The notes: generated by a model not told the origin, from the letters alone. A stretch of 64,000 nucleotides of DNA from a bacterium (GCA_030647355.1 JAUSIS010000006.1:26221-90220), one strand, 5' to 3'. Shown: positions 36,225 to 46,221, counted from the stretch's first letter. Made by a program: numbers and translations.

Positions 36225-36755
36225 ATGTTAATTGCAAAACATAAGATAGGAAATCACAGAAAAGGGTTTGGCATATTAGAGGTAATGATTGCCAGTATGA
36301 TTTTAGTTACAGTAGTCGGAGCGGTGGTGGCGATGGGGAGTGCCAGTGTGAGGGGTGGGTTGACGGCTTCCGATAAGACAACTGCCTACAATTTGGCGCA
36401 AGAGTGTTTGGAGAAGGCGCGGTCCGTGAGAGATGGCAATTGGGTGGATCAGAACATCCCTACGGCTACAGAGTGGAATACCAATCTAACCACAGCAAAT
36501 TTATCAATGTTAAGCGAATGTAAAACTACCTCGGTGGGTACACCGCAAGTTGAGTATACGAGAGGGGTAGTCGTAACAAATGTGCCGTGGTTTGATCCCA
36601 CTTCGGGAGATCCGCCTCAATATGGTGTTCCACTTCAGGATATCCCCGAAGATATGGTACAACAAATTACTGTAACAGTGAGTTGGTTGGGTGAGAATAG
36701 CAATCAGAGTTTGACGGGCAGCACTTATTTAACCGACTGGAAGATGATCAATTAG
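36225..36755 (+). CDS. Type IV minor pilin PilV-like
   Basis: HRKG|FGILEVMIASMIL is the classical PilV-type N-terminus. ~150-aa globular C-terminal domain. Confidence 0.7.
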   Translation: MLIAKHKIGNHRKGFGILEVMIASMILVTVVGAVVAMGSASVRGGLTASDKTTAYNLAQECLEKARSVRDGNWVDQNIPTATEWNTNLTTANLSMLSECKTTSVGTPQVEYTRGVVVTNVPWFDPTSGDPPQYGVPLQDIPEDMVQQITVTVSWLGENSNQSLTGSTYLTDWKMIN

Positions 36756-36791
36756 GTGACAGGTAACAGGGAACAGGAGACAGGAGAGTAA

Positions 36792-37922
36792 ATGGGTGGG
36801 AATTATAAAGAATTGAGTGTTTGGCAAAAGAGCGTGGAGCTGGTGAATGATGTTTATTTACTGACACGTAAATTTCCTAGTGAAGATAAATTTGGTATTG
36901 CACAGCAGATGGAGAGGGCGTCAGTGTCTATCCCTTCGAATATTGCCGAAGGACATCGTAGACAGCATAAAAATGAGTATGTACAGTTTTTACATATAGC
37001 TTTAGCTTCTGCTTCGGAGTTGGAAACTCAGCTAGAAATATGTAGGAGGTTTGACCATTTGAAGAGTTATAAATTTGAAGCGATTGGTGACCGACTTGAG
37101 GAGATAATAAAAATGTTGCATGGCTTAATAAAAGCAGTTAAATCTACTCATACCTGTGATCTGAAACCTCATGCCTCCAGGGGGTATACCTTGGTGGAGA
37201 TACTGGTTGCGTCCACGATATTTGTCAGCGTGGTTGGAATGGGAATTGCTACGTATTCTTCTGCCAGCGGTTTTCAGTCCAAATCGGCGGTTATTCGAGA
37301 GACCAACCAGGCGGCTCGCTATGCGATGGATACGATTGTCAGAGATATAAGGTTAGCTGATAGTTCGGTTGCTTACACAAAGACCATAGGCCCGGATGAT
37401 TATGTATATACTTTTAAGGGGTTTGCTTTTGAGCAAGCTGGCGGAGGTTTAGATACTACCAATAATTCACTTACACAATATACAGGGATAAAGGTTTATC
37501 GGAAAGGAAGTGGTGATTGCAAGGATTTTGTTCAGGAAGTTTATTATTGGATACAATCAAATACGATATCTCAGCAAATCTCCTATTATAATCATACAAA
37601 CGCGAGTGATAAGGATAGTCCAGCTGATTATAATAGTCCTGTTTCCCTTTTATCTGGTTGCACGGTCTCTTCGGCAGCCATACTGTCCGATAGAGTACAG
37701 CTTAGGGTTGATCCAGTGACCAGTGTTACTCAGGCTTTTTTTCAGGGTCAGTCGGCGTTTGATGTGGAAAAGAATAGCGCTCCGTTTTCGATTGCAAATT
37801 TAGCGCCATACCTCAAAGCATCAATGGATGTAGTGCCGATTCATAGTGCCCTTAGTCCTGGAGAAGAAAGTAGGACCATTCATCTTGAGACGACGGTGAC
37901 ACCGCGATTAGTATCATTTTAA
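36792..37922 (+). CDS. Chimeric ORF: N-terminal four-helix-bundle (TIGR02436 / '23S rRNA intervening-sequence protein') domain fused in frame to a PilW-like minor pilin
   Basis: aa 1-115 (LSVWQKSVELVNDVYLLTRKFPSEDKFGIAQQMERASVSIPSNIAEG..ELETQL) match the four-helix-bundle family. From aa ~125, RG|YTLVEILVASTIFVSVVG is a prepilin N-terminus. An internal Met (MLHGLIKAV.., nt ~37110) could be an alternative pilin start. Confidence 0.6.
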   Translation: MGGNYKELSVWQKSVELVNDVYLLTRKFPSEDKFGIAQQMERASVSIPSNIAEGHRRQHKNEYVQFLHIALASASELETQLEICRRFDHLKSYKFEAIGDRLEEIIKMLHGLIKAVKSTHTCDLKPHASRGYTLVEILVASTIFVSVVGMGIATYSSASGFQSKSAVIRETNQAARYAMDTIVRDIRLADSSVAYTKTIGPDDYVYTFKGFAFEQAGGGLDTTNNSLTQYTGIKVYRKGSGDCKDFVQEVYYWIQSNTISQQISYYNHTNASDKDSPADYNSPVSLLSGCTVSSAAILSDRVQLRVDPVTSVTQAFFQGQSAFDVEKNSAPFSIANLAPYLKASMDVVPIHSALSPGEESRTIHLETTVTPRLVSF

Positions 37923-37924
37923 GT

Positions 37925-38827
37925 TTGGAGCAGACAATGATGTTATTTTTGAAAAGAAAAACCGGTAGTGCGATACTTATTGTGATGCTTTTGATTACAG
38001 TTTTGTCGTCAGTGGCTTTGACTGTTGGTTATTTGGCGATGGCAGAAGTGATGATGGAAACCAATTCCCAAGACGGGATGGTTGCCTACTATGCGGCGGA
38101 AGCGGGGATTGAAGACGGGTTACTCCGGTTTAGATATGATAATAATGTCCAGGTAGGGAGTTTTATCACAGGAGCGGAAAGAGTAGAACGAGTAGATATA
38201 GACGAGACAGATGGGAGTGTGGCTCGGCAACCTATTGTTAATCCGGCTAATTCTCCCGGAGATTCTCTTAGGCAGACATATGACCTGAGGATTAAGTATA
38301 AATCAATTAATGAGGAAGCAATATCTCCGGATATGGACCATTTTGTAAATACTGAGTTAAATAATGATGAGACAGAAAAATTGCTCAAAAAAGACGAATC
38401 ATTGAATGTGTTGGGTTTTGATGTGAATTCCCGACTATATATTAAATTCGTTCGCGATGCCGATGATACTGACCCTATTTGTTCAATAGACCCAACTAAA
38501 TGTTTTATTCAGATTAGAGGGACGAATATAGGGACGGAATTTATTCCTTATTCACAAAGCGACCAATCGGCAACTTCTTATGTTATCAACGCGGGAAGCT
38601 CTGTACTGATTAAATCTTGGGGTATGGATGTCAGGTATGGAATTGCAGCCGAGAGAATCAGCGATTCAAGCGTCATTTCTTTGGATGAAGGTATAACGAC
38701 CATAGAGGCGACTGGGTATTATGGAAGCGCTAAGAGGCGGCTTCAGGCGACTATTGATAGAAAAACAGGGAAATTGCTGGAGATATTTGACTTTACGCTG
38801 AATAGCCAGACAGGGAATATTCAATAG
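37925..38827 (+). CDS. Type IV pilus minor pilin PilX-like
   Basis: N-terminal hydrophobic segment (GSAILIVMLLITVLSSVALTVGYLAMAE) followed by AEAG, as in PilX N-terminal domains. Position after the PilW-like gene. Confidence 0.55.
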   Translation: MEQTMMLFLKRKTGSAILIVMLLITVLSSVALTVGYLAMAEVMMETNSQDGMVAYYAAEAGIEDGLLRFRYDNNVQVGSFITGAERVERVDIDETDGSVARQPIVNPANSPGDSLRQTYDLRIKYKSINEEAISPDMDHFVNTELNNDETEKLLKKDESLNVLGFDVNSRLYIKFVRDADDTDPICSIDPTKCFIQIRGTNIGTEFIPYSQSDQSATSYVINAGSSVLIKSWGMDVRYGIAAERISDSSVISLDEGITTIEATGYYGSAKRRLQATIDRKTGKLLEIFDFTLNSQTGNIQ

Positions 38828-38919
38828 TATCAGGAATATCAAGTATTGGGTGCGTTTCTTCCAGTCATCGCGAGGAATGTAATGACGCGGCGATCTGATG
38901 AGAGGATGATGTATGTAGT

Positions 38920-39110
38920 AGATTGCTTCGTCGCTACGCTCCTCGCAATGACACAGGAAAGTAAGATTGCCGCGCTACGCTCGCAATGACGAAGGAAGCT
39001 CCTCGCAATGACACAGGAAAGTAAGATTGCCGCGCTACGCTCGCAATGACAGGAAAGTAAGATTGCCACGCTTCGCTCGCAATGACACAGGAATGAGCTC
39101 GCAACGACAA
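38920..39110. repeat. Tandem array of ~36-nt GATTGC..GCAATGACA(GGAAAGTAA) hairpin repeats (4-5 units)
   Basis: GATTGCCGCGCTACGCTCGCAATGACAGGAAAGTAA repeated head-to-tail with minor variants. Same family as 33770-34605 and 35530-35590. Confidence 0.85.
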
Positions 39111-39138
39111 GGAAGGGGTTATATTAGGGAGATAGAAT

Positions 39139-39549
39139 ATGAAATTGATTGTAAATACTGACGGGGGGGCGAGGGGAAACCCGGGGCCGGCGGGTATTGG
39201 TGTTGTGGTGGAAAGATGTGGTAATATAGTCTATGAAGCGTCTAAGTATATCGGTGAGACGACTAATAACCAGGCAGAATACCGGGCGCTTATTGAAGCT
39301 TTGGAGTGGGTTTCGGAAAATAGAGAGAATGAGGAAGAAGTAGAATGCCGGTTGGATAGTGAACTGGTTGTGAAACAGTTGAATGGCGAGTATAGGTTGA
39401 AAAATGAAGGGCTTAGACCGCTTTATCAGCGGGTGGTAGATTTAAGACAGAAAATCGGCGGAAGAATGATGTTTTGTCATGTGGGACGGGGGGAGAACAA
39501 ACGCGCTGATCGGTTGGTAAATAAAGCGATTGACTTGGCGCTAAAGTGA
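39139..39549 (+). CDS. rnhA: Ribonuclease HI (RNase H type 1), small form
   Basis: DGGARGNPGPAGIG (Asp in beta-1), TNNQAEYRALIEAL (catalytic Glu), C-terminal ..ENKRADRLVN (Asp). 136 aa. Confidence 0.8.
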   Translation: MKLIVNTDGGARGNPGPAGIGVVVERCGNIVYEASKYIGETTNNQAEYRALIEALEWVSENRENEEEVECRLDSELVVKQLNGEYRLKNEGLRPLYQRVVDLRQKIGGRMMFCHVGRGENKRADRLVNKAIDLALK

Positions 39550-39572
39550 TTGGTGGCTAAGGAGGAAGGTAT

Positions 39573-40460
39573 ATGAATAAAGTGATTGTTAAAATAAGAG
39601 GGAGAAGCCTGTTTGCCGGTTTTACTTTGATTGAATTACTAGTGGTGATCTCAATAATAGGAATACTGGCATCTGTAGTGTTGGTGGGGCTTAGGAGCGC
39701 TCGAGGGAAAGCATTTGACGTGAGGAGGAAGGCAGGCGTGTTGAGTATTAGTAATGCAGTACAGGCATATTCGTTGGATAATAATGAAACCGTGCCGGCT
39801 TATTGTAATTGGACTAGTCTCAAATATTATGAATTAATGGGTTCAACGGGTCTTTTGTGCGCTAGTACAACCTTGATTAATGCCGGATATTTTACGGATG
39901 CTTCGGGTTCTTCACCTATTCCTAAAGATCCGGTGTTTACCGGAATTGCTAAACCTTATTGGTATGTCAGTGATCTGGAAAATTATCTTCTGAATGCTAA
40001 ATTATCTACAGGTAAGTATTTTAGTGTAAAGGATGGTTCTGCAACTACAGTGGTGGCTACTTCATCGATTGCGGGCGATACTTCACCACCGACGATTTCA
40101 TGTGGCGGTGGTGATTGTGTGCCTTATGTACAGTTTAGCGCAACACAGGTTGGATTCTTGCCGGGACCAGAAATTTGGCGGATTACCTTGAAGACGGCAG
40201 CAACTGACAATGTTTGGCTGGCTGGCCATAAATTAAAATTTTATGCGGAAATGCCTTCTTATATTGATAATACACCGTTGAATCCACCAGGAGTAAATGG
40301 TGTATTTACATCGGCAAATAGTTATGATTACACTATCCCGGCGCTTCCGGTCCGCCCTCAGAAGATTGATGTATTTATTTACCCAGTTGATGCTAACGGA
40401 AATGGTAATAGTGACTATAATGTGGGAGCGCAGTTTACAGTACCATCTCCTCGTCTATAA
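39573..40460 (+). CDS. Large type IV pilin paralogue 1 (~295 aa)
   Basis: Class III signal SLFAG|FTLIELLVVISIIGILASVVLVG. Variable Ser/Thr/Gly-rich body. C-terminal motif shared with paralogues (..GNGNSDYNVGAQFTVPSP). Confidence 0.8.
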   Translation: MNKVIVKIRGRSLFAGFTLIELLVVISIIGILASVVLVGLRSARGKAFDVRRKAGVLSISNAVQAYSLDNNETVPAYCNWTSLKYYELMGSTGLLCASTTLINAGYFTDASGSSPIPKDPVFTGIAKPYWYVSDLENYLLNAKLSTGKYFSVKDGSATTVVATSSIAGDTSPPTISCGGGDCVPYVQFSATQVGFLPGPEIWRITLKTAATDNVWLAGHKLKFYAEMPSYIDNTPLNPPGVNGVFTSANSYDYTIPALPVRPQKIDVFIYPVDANGNGNSDYNVGAQFTVPSPRL

Positions 40461-40479
40461 TATAAATTGGGAGATCGCT

Positions 40480-41328
40480 TTGAGATTGAGTTTTCTGGTT
40501 ACTAGGGCAAAAGATAAGAAAAAGCTGATTGGTTTTACGCTGATTGAGATATTGGTAGTTATCTCGCTGATTGGGTTACTCGCGGCGATGATTTTGGTGG
40601 GGGTGAGGGGTTTTAGAGATAGAGCTCACGATGTACAAATAAGAGCGGATGTTAAGGGTATTGCAACATCGTTTGAATCGTATGGGATGGATAACGGTGA
40701 CAAATACCCAGAGAGTGTTAATAGCTGGGGTATTAAGTGTTTGGCTGAGCGGTTAGGTAGTGATACTTCGGTTGGCGGCGATTCGATATTGGTTCCTAGA
40801 TTCCTTAGTTCTATACCCACTTATGTACGTAATGGGAGCCTGCGCTATTATATGTATGCTAGTTGCGGGGATGAATATATGGTAGGGGCTACTATTTCGG
40901 GACCTGGTCGCCGCTTTGTGGCACGATCGGAAGGATTGGGGGGAACGACGGATCGCGATACAGACTTATTTTCACCGACTTTTCCCGGTGTTCTTCAGGC
41001 AAGGGCAGAGCGGGGTACTTCTACTCCTACGACCAATTGGACGTTATCGTTTAATCCTGCGACAGACGTTGGTGATGGGATTGCTTATTATGCGATTGAG
41101 CTTACCGATTATATTGGTAATGACCATGGAACTACAAAAATCTACAGATTAGTGGGGAAACCTTCTGATCCAATAACTAACCCAGTTCAGGTGCCTTTTG
41201 TTCTGACAGATCCATCCCCGTCCATGGATGACTTAGGAGGTCTTAAAGAATTCGGGGTGAAAATGTATGCTGTAGACAAAGCGCTAAATGCTTCCGTTGT
41301 TTGGGAAAGCGATATATTTGAGATATAG
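40480..41328 (+). CDS. Large type IV pilin paralogue 2
   Basis: KKKLIG|FTLIEILVVISLIGLLAAMILVG. The ORF opens at 40297 by read-through overlap with the previous gene; the true start is probably TTG/ATG near 40480-40500 behind GGGAG. C-terminal VQVPFVLTDPSP motif. Confidence 0.7.
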   Translation: MRLSFLVTRAKDKKKLIGFTLIEILVVISLIGLLAAMILVGVRGFRDRAHDVQIRADVKGIATSFESYGMDNGDKYPESVNSWGIKCLAERLGSDTSVGGDSILVPRFLSSIPTYVRNGSLRYYMYASCGDEYMVGATISGPGRRFVARSEGLGGTTDRDTDLFSPTFPGVLQARAERGTSTPTTNWTLSFNPATDVGDGIAYYAIELTDYIGNDHGTTKIYRLVGKPSDPITNPVQVPFVLTDPSPSMDDLGGLKEFGVKMYAVDKALNASVVWESDIFEI

Positions 41329-41378
41329 GTTTATATAAATAGGAAAAATATATGGTGTGTTTATTTAGGGACAATAAG

Positions 41379-42245
41379 ATGGATAGTAAAATTAGTTGTA
41401 TTAAAAGAAGGAAGAAATTAATTGGTTTTACATTAATAGAGCTGTTAGTGGTGATTTCGATTATAGGGCTCTTGGCGGCGATTGTTTTAATTGGAGTAAA
41501 AGCGGTTCGATCTAAGGCACAGGATGTTCAGACGAAGGCAGATGTAGCCTCAATATCACGCAGCCTGGAGGCCTATGCAGCAGAAAATGACGAGAACTAC
41601 CCAATTAGCAGAGGTTTGGCAACCGGATACTGCGGGACAGAAAAGTTGGGCGGAGATACTCCGTCCGGCGATGCGGAGGCGATGTTAAAAAGTAGCATTA
41701 CTACCATGCCAAGACCAGCTACTTCTTACGCGGTGGGAAACTATTATCTTTATCAGGGTTGCGGACAGACTTATACGCTAAGAGGAATGTTGCGTGATAG
41801 CTCCCAATATGTTTCAAAGGGTGATGGTACTACTTCTACAACAAGTGCTTCTGCCACGATTGACACCACTGCTCCAAACATCTCTATGCTGAGCAGTATT
41901 TATCCAGCTCGCAGGATGAATCCCAGGGGCGAAACAAGCAGTTGGGTAGTGGATATGTCGCCGCAAGTTTCCAATCCTACCGACATAGCTCAATACATAA
42001 TTACCGTATCCGGAGGCACCGGCAAAACAGCTATTGTGACAGGGACACCTTACTCGACTGTTAATTGGCCCTCTGAATGTCAGGATTGCGGCGGGGTAGT
42101 GCAGATACCTTTTACGACTTGGCGGGATTTTACAGAATCGATACCGGTAGACGGGTTATACTGCTTCAGCTACATTAAGGTGCAGGCGTTTGACGAATGG
42201 GGCAATTATAGTTTTAAATCCGCTAGCCCCTATTGCGAGATTTGA
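41379..42245 (+). CDS. Large type IV pilin paralogue 3
   Basis: RRKKLIG|FTLIELLVVISIIGLLAAIVLIG. C-terminal CQDCGGVVQIPFTTW motif. Confidence 0.8.
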   Translation: MDSKISCIKRRKKLIGFTLIELLVVISIIGLLAAIVLIGVKAVRSKAQDVQTKADVASISRSLEAYAAENDENYPISRGLATGYCGTEKLGGDTPSGDAEAMLKSSITTMPRPATSYAVGNYYLYQGCGQTYTLRGMLRDSSQYVSKGDGTTSTTSASATIDTTAPNISMLSSIYPARRMNPRGETSSWVVDMSPQVSNPTDIAQYIITVSGGTGKTAIVTGTPYSTVNWPSECQDCGGVVQIPFTTWRDFTESIPVDGLYCFSYIKVQAFDEWGNYSFKSASPYCEI

Positions 42246-42303
42246 GTCTGGATATGGTTATTTTTTAATTTTCTTTACCTTAGTTAGTATATTGGAGTTT
42301 CTA

Positions 42304-43185
42304 ATGTTATATTCAGAGACTCGAACGAGAGCACGAATTGCCGGTTTTACACTGATTGAGTTGTTGGTGGTGATTTCGATTATTGGGTTACTGGCGTCGG
42401 TGGTTTTGATAGGGATGAGATCGGTGCGCACTAAGTCATTTGATGTGCAGAAAAGAATGGATATTGCCTCTTTTTCCAAGATACTGGAAGGGTATGCAAT
42501 GGCGAATAGCGAAAAGTATCCTATCAGTCACAATGATGAGGGCGACGGGGGAGATTGTGCTATAGAAAAGCTTGGTCAGTTTCCGTTGCTAGGTGCCACC
42601 CCAATCATTGGTGCCGACATGACCTCGTTTCCAACCGTGAAGTACGAACCCGATCCAGAGTGGAAATATTATAAGTATGTCAGCTGCGGTGAAGGTTATA
42701 CCTTATGGTCAAAACTACTGGCAACTGGCAAACAATACGGTGTTAGGGTGACTAGCGCCGGTTCTCCTCCTACTTTCTTTACTAGGACAATTACTTCGGC
42801 ACCGGATATATCGGGCATTACGGTTCGTTTTGCGCGAAGGGAGTCATCGAATATAGCCACGAGTCATTGGTTGTTGGACATGAGTAATGCAAACATCGCT
42901 GGTATTGATCACTATACAATACACATAAGCGACGAGCCCGTAGTTTCGAGATGGGGCAGTGGTTATGGACCGATGACGACAGTCACGCCGTGTAACGGCG
43001 GTTGTGTTGGGAATGTCCAAATTCCGTTTGAGACATGGGATGTTTGGAATGGGGGTCCTATTCCACCGATACAATCGATTCCCGCTTCGCCTCCTTCATT
43101 ATATATTCAGTTTGTTAAGATATGGGGATTTGATGCATACGGCAATATGGCAGAGAAAACTTTCCCTGCCGGTGCGGGTGAGTGA
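42304..43185 (+). CDS. Large type IV pilin paralogue 4
   Basis: RARIAG|FTLIELLVVISIIGLLASVVLIG. C-terminal CNGGCVGNVQIPFETW motif. The ORF opens at 42190; the Met at 42304 is preferred. Confidence 0.8.
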   Translation: MLYSETRTRARIAGFTLIELLVVISIIGLLASVVLIGMRSVRTKSFDVQKRMDIASFSKILEGYAMANSEKYPISHNDEGDGGDCAIEKLGQFPLLGATPIIGADMTSFPTVKYEPDPEWKYYKYVSCGEGYTLWSKLLATGKQYGVRVTSAGSPPTFFTRTITSAPDISGITVRFARRESSNIATSHWLLDMSNANIAGIDHYTIHISDEPVVSRWGSGYGPMTTVTPCNGGCVGNVQIPFETWDVWNGGPIPPIQSIPASPPSLYIQFVKIWGFDAYGNMAEKTFPAGAGE

Positions 43186-43252
43186 TAGATATTCTTGAAT
43201 AAGATAATGAGCTAAGATATAATCGAAATATAAAGTGAAGGGTTAATTTGAT

Positions 43253-46207
43253 ATGGAAAAAACAAACGACAAGACTTTACCGCAAATAGAAGAAGAGATT
43301 TTAGATTTTTGGCAAAAAGAAAAGATTTTCGAGAAGAGCTTAGGGTTGCGAAAAGAGAGTCCCCGATTTAGTTTTTATGATGGACCGCCGTTTGCGACCG
43401 GCTCTCCTCATTATGGACATATTGTAGCGAGTGTGATAAAAGATGTGGTGCCCCGTTATTGGACAATGAAAGGCAAGTATGTGGAAAGAGTGTGGGGCTG
43501 GGATTGTCATGGATTGCCGATTGAAAACATTGCCGAAAAAGAACTGGGGATTACTCAAAAGAAACAGATTGAAGAAATTGGAGTTGATAAATTTGAGCAA
43601 GAGTGCCGCTCAAGGGTTTTGAGTTATGTCAGCGAGTGGGAGAAGGTAATACCTCGGCTTGGACGTTGGGTGGATATGAAAAATGCCTACAAAACGATGG
43701 ATTTGCCGTTTATGGAATCGGTTTGGTGGGTTTTCAAGGAACTTTGGGACAAGGGTTTAATATATGAGGGTTATCGTTCGATGTATATTTGTCCAAGATG
43801 CGAGACGACACTGTCGCAATCTGAGGTGGCGGAGGGATACCGAGACGTAAAAGATTTGTCGGTAATTGCCAAGTTTGAGTTGGAAGATGAACTTGGGACT
43901 TATTTATTGGCCTGGACAACAACACCATGGACACTGATTGGGAATGTTGCGCTGGCAATAAATCCAGGTATGGTTTATTGCAAGATAAAAGATAAAAAAG
44001 AGAAACTTCTCAACCCTTCGAGAACACTCAGGACAGGCAAGCTCGAAGAATATTATATATTGGCGAAAGACAGATTGGGATCAATATCTGGGGAGTATGA
44101 GATTTTGTCTGAGTTTTCTGGTGAAGAATTGGTTGGAAAGAGATATAAGCCGTTGTTTGATTATTATAATAAGCCCGAGACAAAGAATTCAGAAAATGGG
44201 TGGAAAGTTTATCCAGCTGATTTTGTAACCGAGCAGGACGGGACTGGTATTGTGCATATTGCACCGGCGTTTGGCGAAGATGACATGGAATTGGGCAAAG
44301 AGTTTGATTTACCATTTATTCAACATGTGGGGATGGATGGAGTGATAAAACCAGAAGTGAAGGATTTTGCCGGAATGCATGTCAAACCTACTTCCGATGT
44401 GCAGAAAACGGATGTAGAGATTATTAAATATTTGGCCAATAAAGGATTATTGTTTTATAAGGAACAGTTTGAGCATTCTTATCCGCATTGTTGGCGCTGT
44501 GATACACCTTTGATTAATTATGCTACTTCCTCTTGGTTTGTATCGGTAGCGAAAGTTAAAGAAGAGGCATTGAAATTGGCAAAGGAGATAAATTGGTCAC
44601 CGAAGTATATTAAAGAAGGAAGGTTTGGCAACTGGCTGGAGGGAGCGCGAGATTGGTCAATTTCCAGGCAGAGATATTGGGCGTCGGTGATACCAATTTG
44701 GCGATGTTCCGCTGAAAATGGCGGATGTGGGGAGATTCAGGTATTCGGATCGGTGGGGGAGTTGGAGAAAGCGTCCGGAAAGAAGATAGACGATCTGCAT
44801 AAATTTGCCATGGATAAGATAGAGGTGCCGTGCAAATGCGGTGGGGTAGCCAAAAGGATTCCCGATGTTTTGGATACTTGGTTTGATTCGGGCTCGATGC
44901 CTTATGCTCAGATACATTATCCTTTCGAAAATAAGGAAAAGTTTGAAAAATCTTTTCCGGCTGATTTTATCGGTGAGGGCGTAGATCAAACGCGCTGCTG
45001 GTTTTATTATCTGCATGTGATCGCCACAGCTATTAAAGATAAAATCCCTTATAAGAATGTTGTAGTGAATGGAATAGTACTGGCAGAAGACGGCAAGAAG
45101 ATGTCGAAAAAGTTGCAGAATTATCCTGATCCGACGGCGATACTAGATAAGTATGGAGCGGATGTTTTACGATTGTATTTACTATCTTCGCCGGTTATGG
45201 CAGGGGAAAATCTTAATTTTTCTGAAAAGGAAATGGCAGAATTTCAAAGAGGAATATTTAGAATGCTCTGGAATAGCTTTGAATTCTTCAATCTGTATCG
45301 GGAGGATTGGCAATCAAGCGATCAATATAAGCCGGTTGGTTTGCTTGACCGGTGGATTATTTCGGAATTAAATCAATTGATTGTGGATGTCAACCGCAGT
45401 ATGGAAAATTATGATCTAAATCGAGCGGCTAGGTCGTTTCAGCCGTTTGTTGATAATTTATCCAACTGGTATATTAGACGCTCTAGAAAACGTTTTGGCA
45501 GAAGCGAGGACCATGCGGATAGGAATTCGGCTTTTGGGACGCTAAGTTATGTATTGGTGGAATTGGCAAAACTAATGGCTCCGTTTGCTCCATTTATTAG
45601 CGAACATATTTTTAAAGACTTAACTGGTAGTGAATCTGTTCACCTAATTGATTATCCCGAAGCTAATAAAGAGCAAATCGATAAAGAGCTAAGTGAAAAG
45701 ATGAGAGAGGCGAGAGTGATTGTTGAGATGGGGTTATCTTGCAGGGCGATGCTAAATAAAATCTTCGGAACTAATGAATATAAAGTCAGGCAACCATTGA
45801 AGTCATTAAAATATGGTAATAAGGATAAGAAGTTGCCAAAATTGAGCGATGAGTTTGAAGAGATAATAAAAGATGAGGTTAATGTTAAGGAGCTTGTTTA
45901 CGATGAGCAGATGTTGGGGGTGGAGCTTGATAAGGAAATAACGGACGAATTAAGGGATGAGGGGATTTATCGGGAGATTGTCAGGCAGATACAGGATCTG
46001 AGGAAGGTGGCTGGTTATAAGGCGGGAGATAAAGCAGTTTTTGGCTTCCAAACTGAAGATATTAAAATCTCGAATTTGATTAAGCAAAAGAGTGAGGATA
46101 TACTGCAGGATACAGCGACTAGGCTAAGTGAAATAATGGAAAATGTTGATTGCGAAAAAGAGATTCAAATCGAAGGGAAGCCTTTAAGGTTAATGATTAC
46201 TAAATAG
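43253..46207 (+). CDS. ileS: Isoleucyl-tRNA synthetase (984 aa)
   Basis: HIGH motif (PHYGH), WSISRQRYW and GEGVDQTRCWFY (IleRS-type rather than ValRS), KMSKK motif (KMSKKLQNY), CP1 editing domain. Confidence 0.8.
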   Translation: MEKTNDKTLPQIEEEILDFWQKEKIFEKSLGLRKESPRFSFYDGPPFATGSPHYGHIVASVIKDVVPRYWTMKGKYVERVWGWDCHGLPIENIAEKELGITQKKQIEEIGVDKFEQECRSRVLSYVSEWEKVIPRLGRWVDMKNAYKTMDLPFMESVWWVFKELWDKGLIYEGYRSMYICPRCETTLSQSEVAEGYRDVKDLSVIAKFELEDELGTYLLAWTTTPWTLIGNVALAINPGMVYCKIKDKKEKLLNPSRTLRTGKLEEYYILAKDRLGSISGEYEILSEFSGEELVGKRYKPLFDYYNKPETKNSENGWKVYPADFVTEQDGTGIVHIAPAFGEDDMELGKEFDLPFIQHVGMDGVIKPEVKDFAGMHVKPTSDVQKTDVEIIKYLANKGLLFYKEQFEHSYPHCWRCDTPLINYATSSWFVSVAKVKEEALKLAKEINWSPKYIKEGRFGNWLEGARDWSISRQRYWASVIPIWRCSAENGGCGEIQVFGSVGELEKASGKKIDDLHKFAMDKIEVPCKCGGVAKRIPDVLDTWFDSGSMPYAQIHYPFENKEKFEKSFPADFIGEGVDQTRCWFYYLHVIATAIKDKIPYKNVVVNGIVLAEDGKKMSKKLQNYPDPTAILDKYGADVLRLYLLSSPVMAGENLNFSEKEMAEFQRGIFRMLWNSFEFFNLYREDWQSSDQYKPVGLLDRWIISELNQLIVDVNRSMENYDLNRAARSFQPFVDNLSNWYIRRSRKRFGRSEDHADRNSAFGTLSYVLVELAKLMAPFAPFISEHIFKDLTGSESVHLIDYPEANKEQIDKELSEKMREARVIVEMGLSCRAMLNKIFGTNEYKVRQPLKSLKYGNKDKKLPKLSDEFEEIIKDEVNVKELVYDEQMLGVELDKEITDELRDEGIYREIVRQIQDLRKVAGYKAGDKAVFGFQTEDIKISNLIKQKSEDILQDTATRLSEIMENVDCEKEIQIEGKPLRLMITK

Positions 46208-46221
46208 TAAGGTGGAGGAAG

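Noticed and set aside
40297-40479. Upstream 60 codons of ORF 40297-41328, overlapping the preceding pilin gene
   Set aside because: They overlap the 3' end of pilin 39573-40460 in another frame. The conserved prepilin leader (KKKLIG|FTLIE) begins near 40500, with GGGAG at 40470 as RBS, so an internal start is far more plausible.
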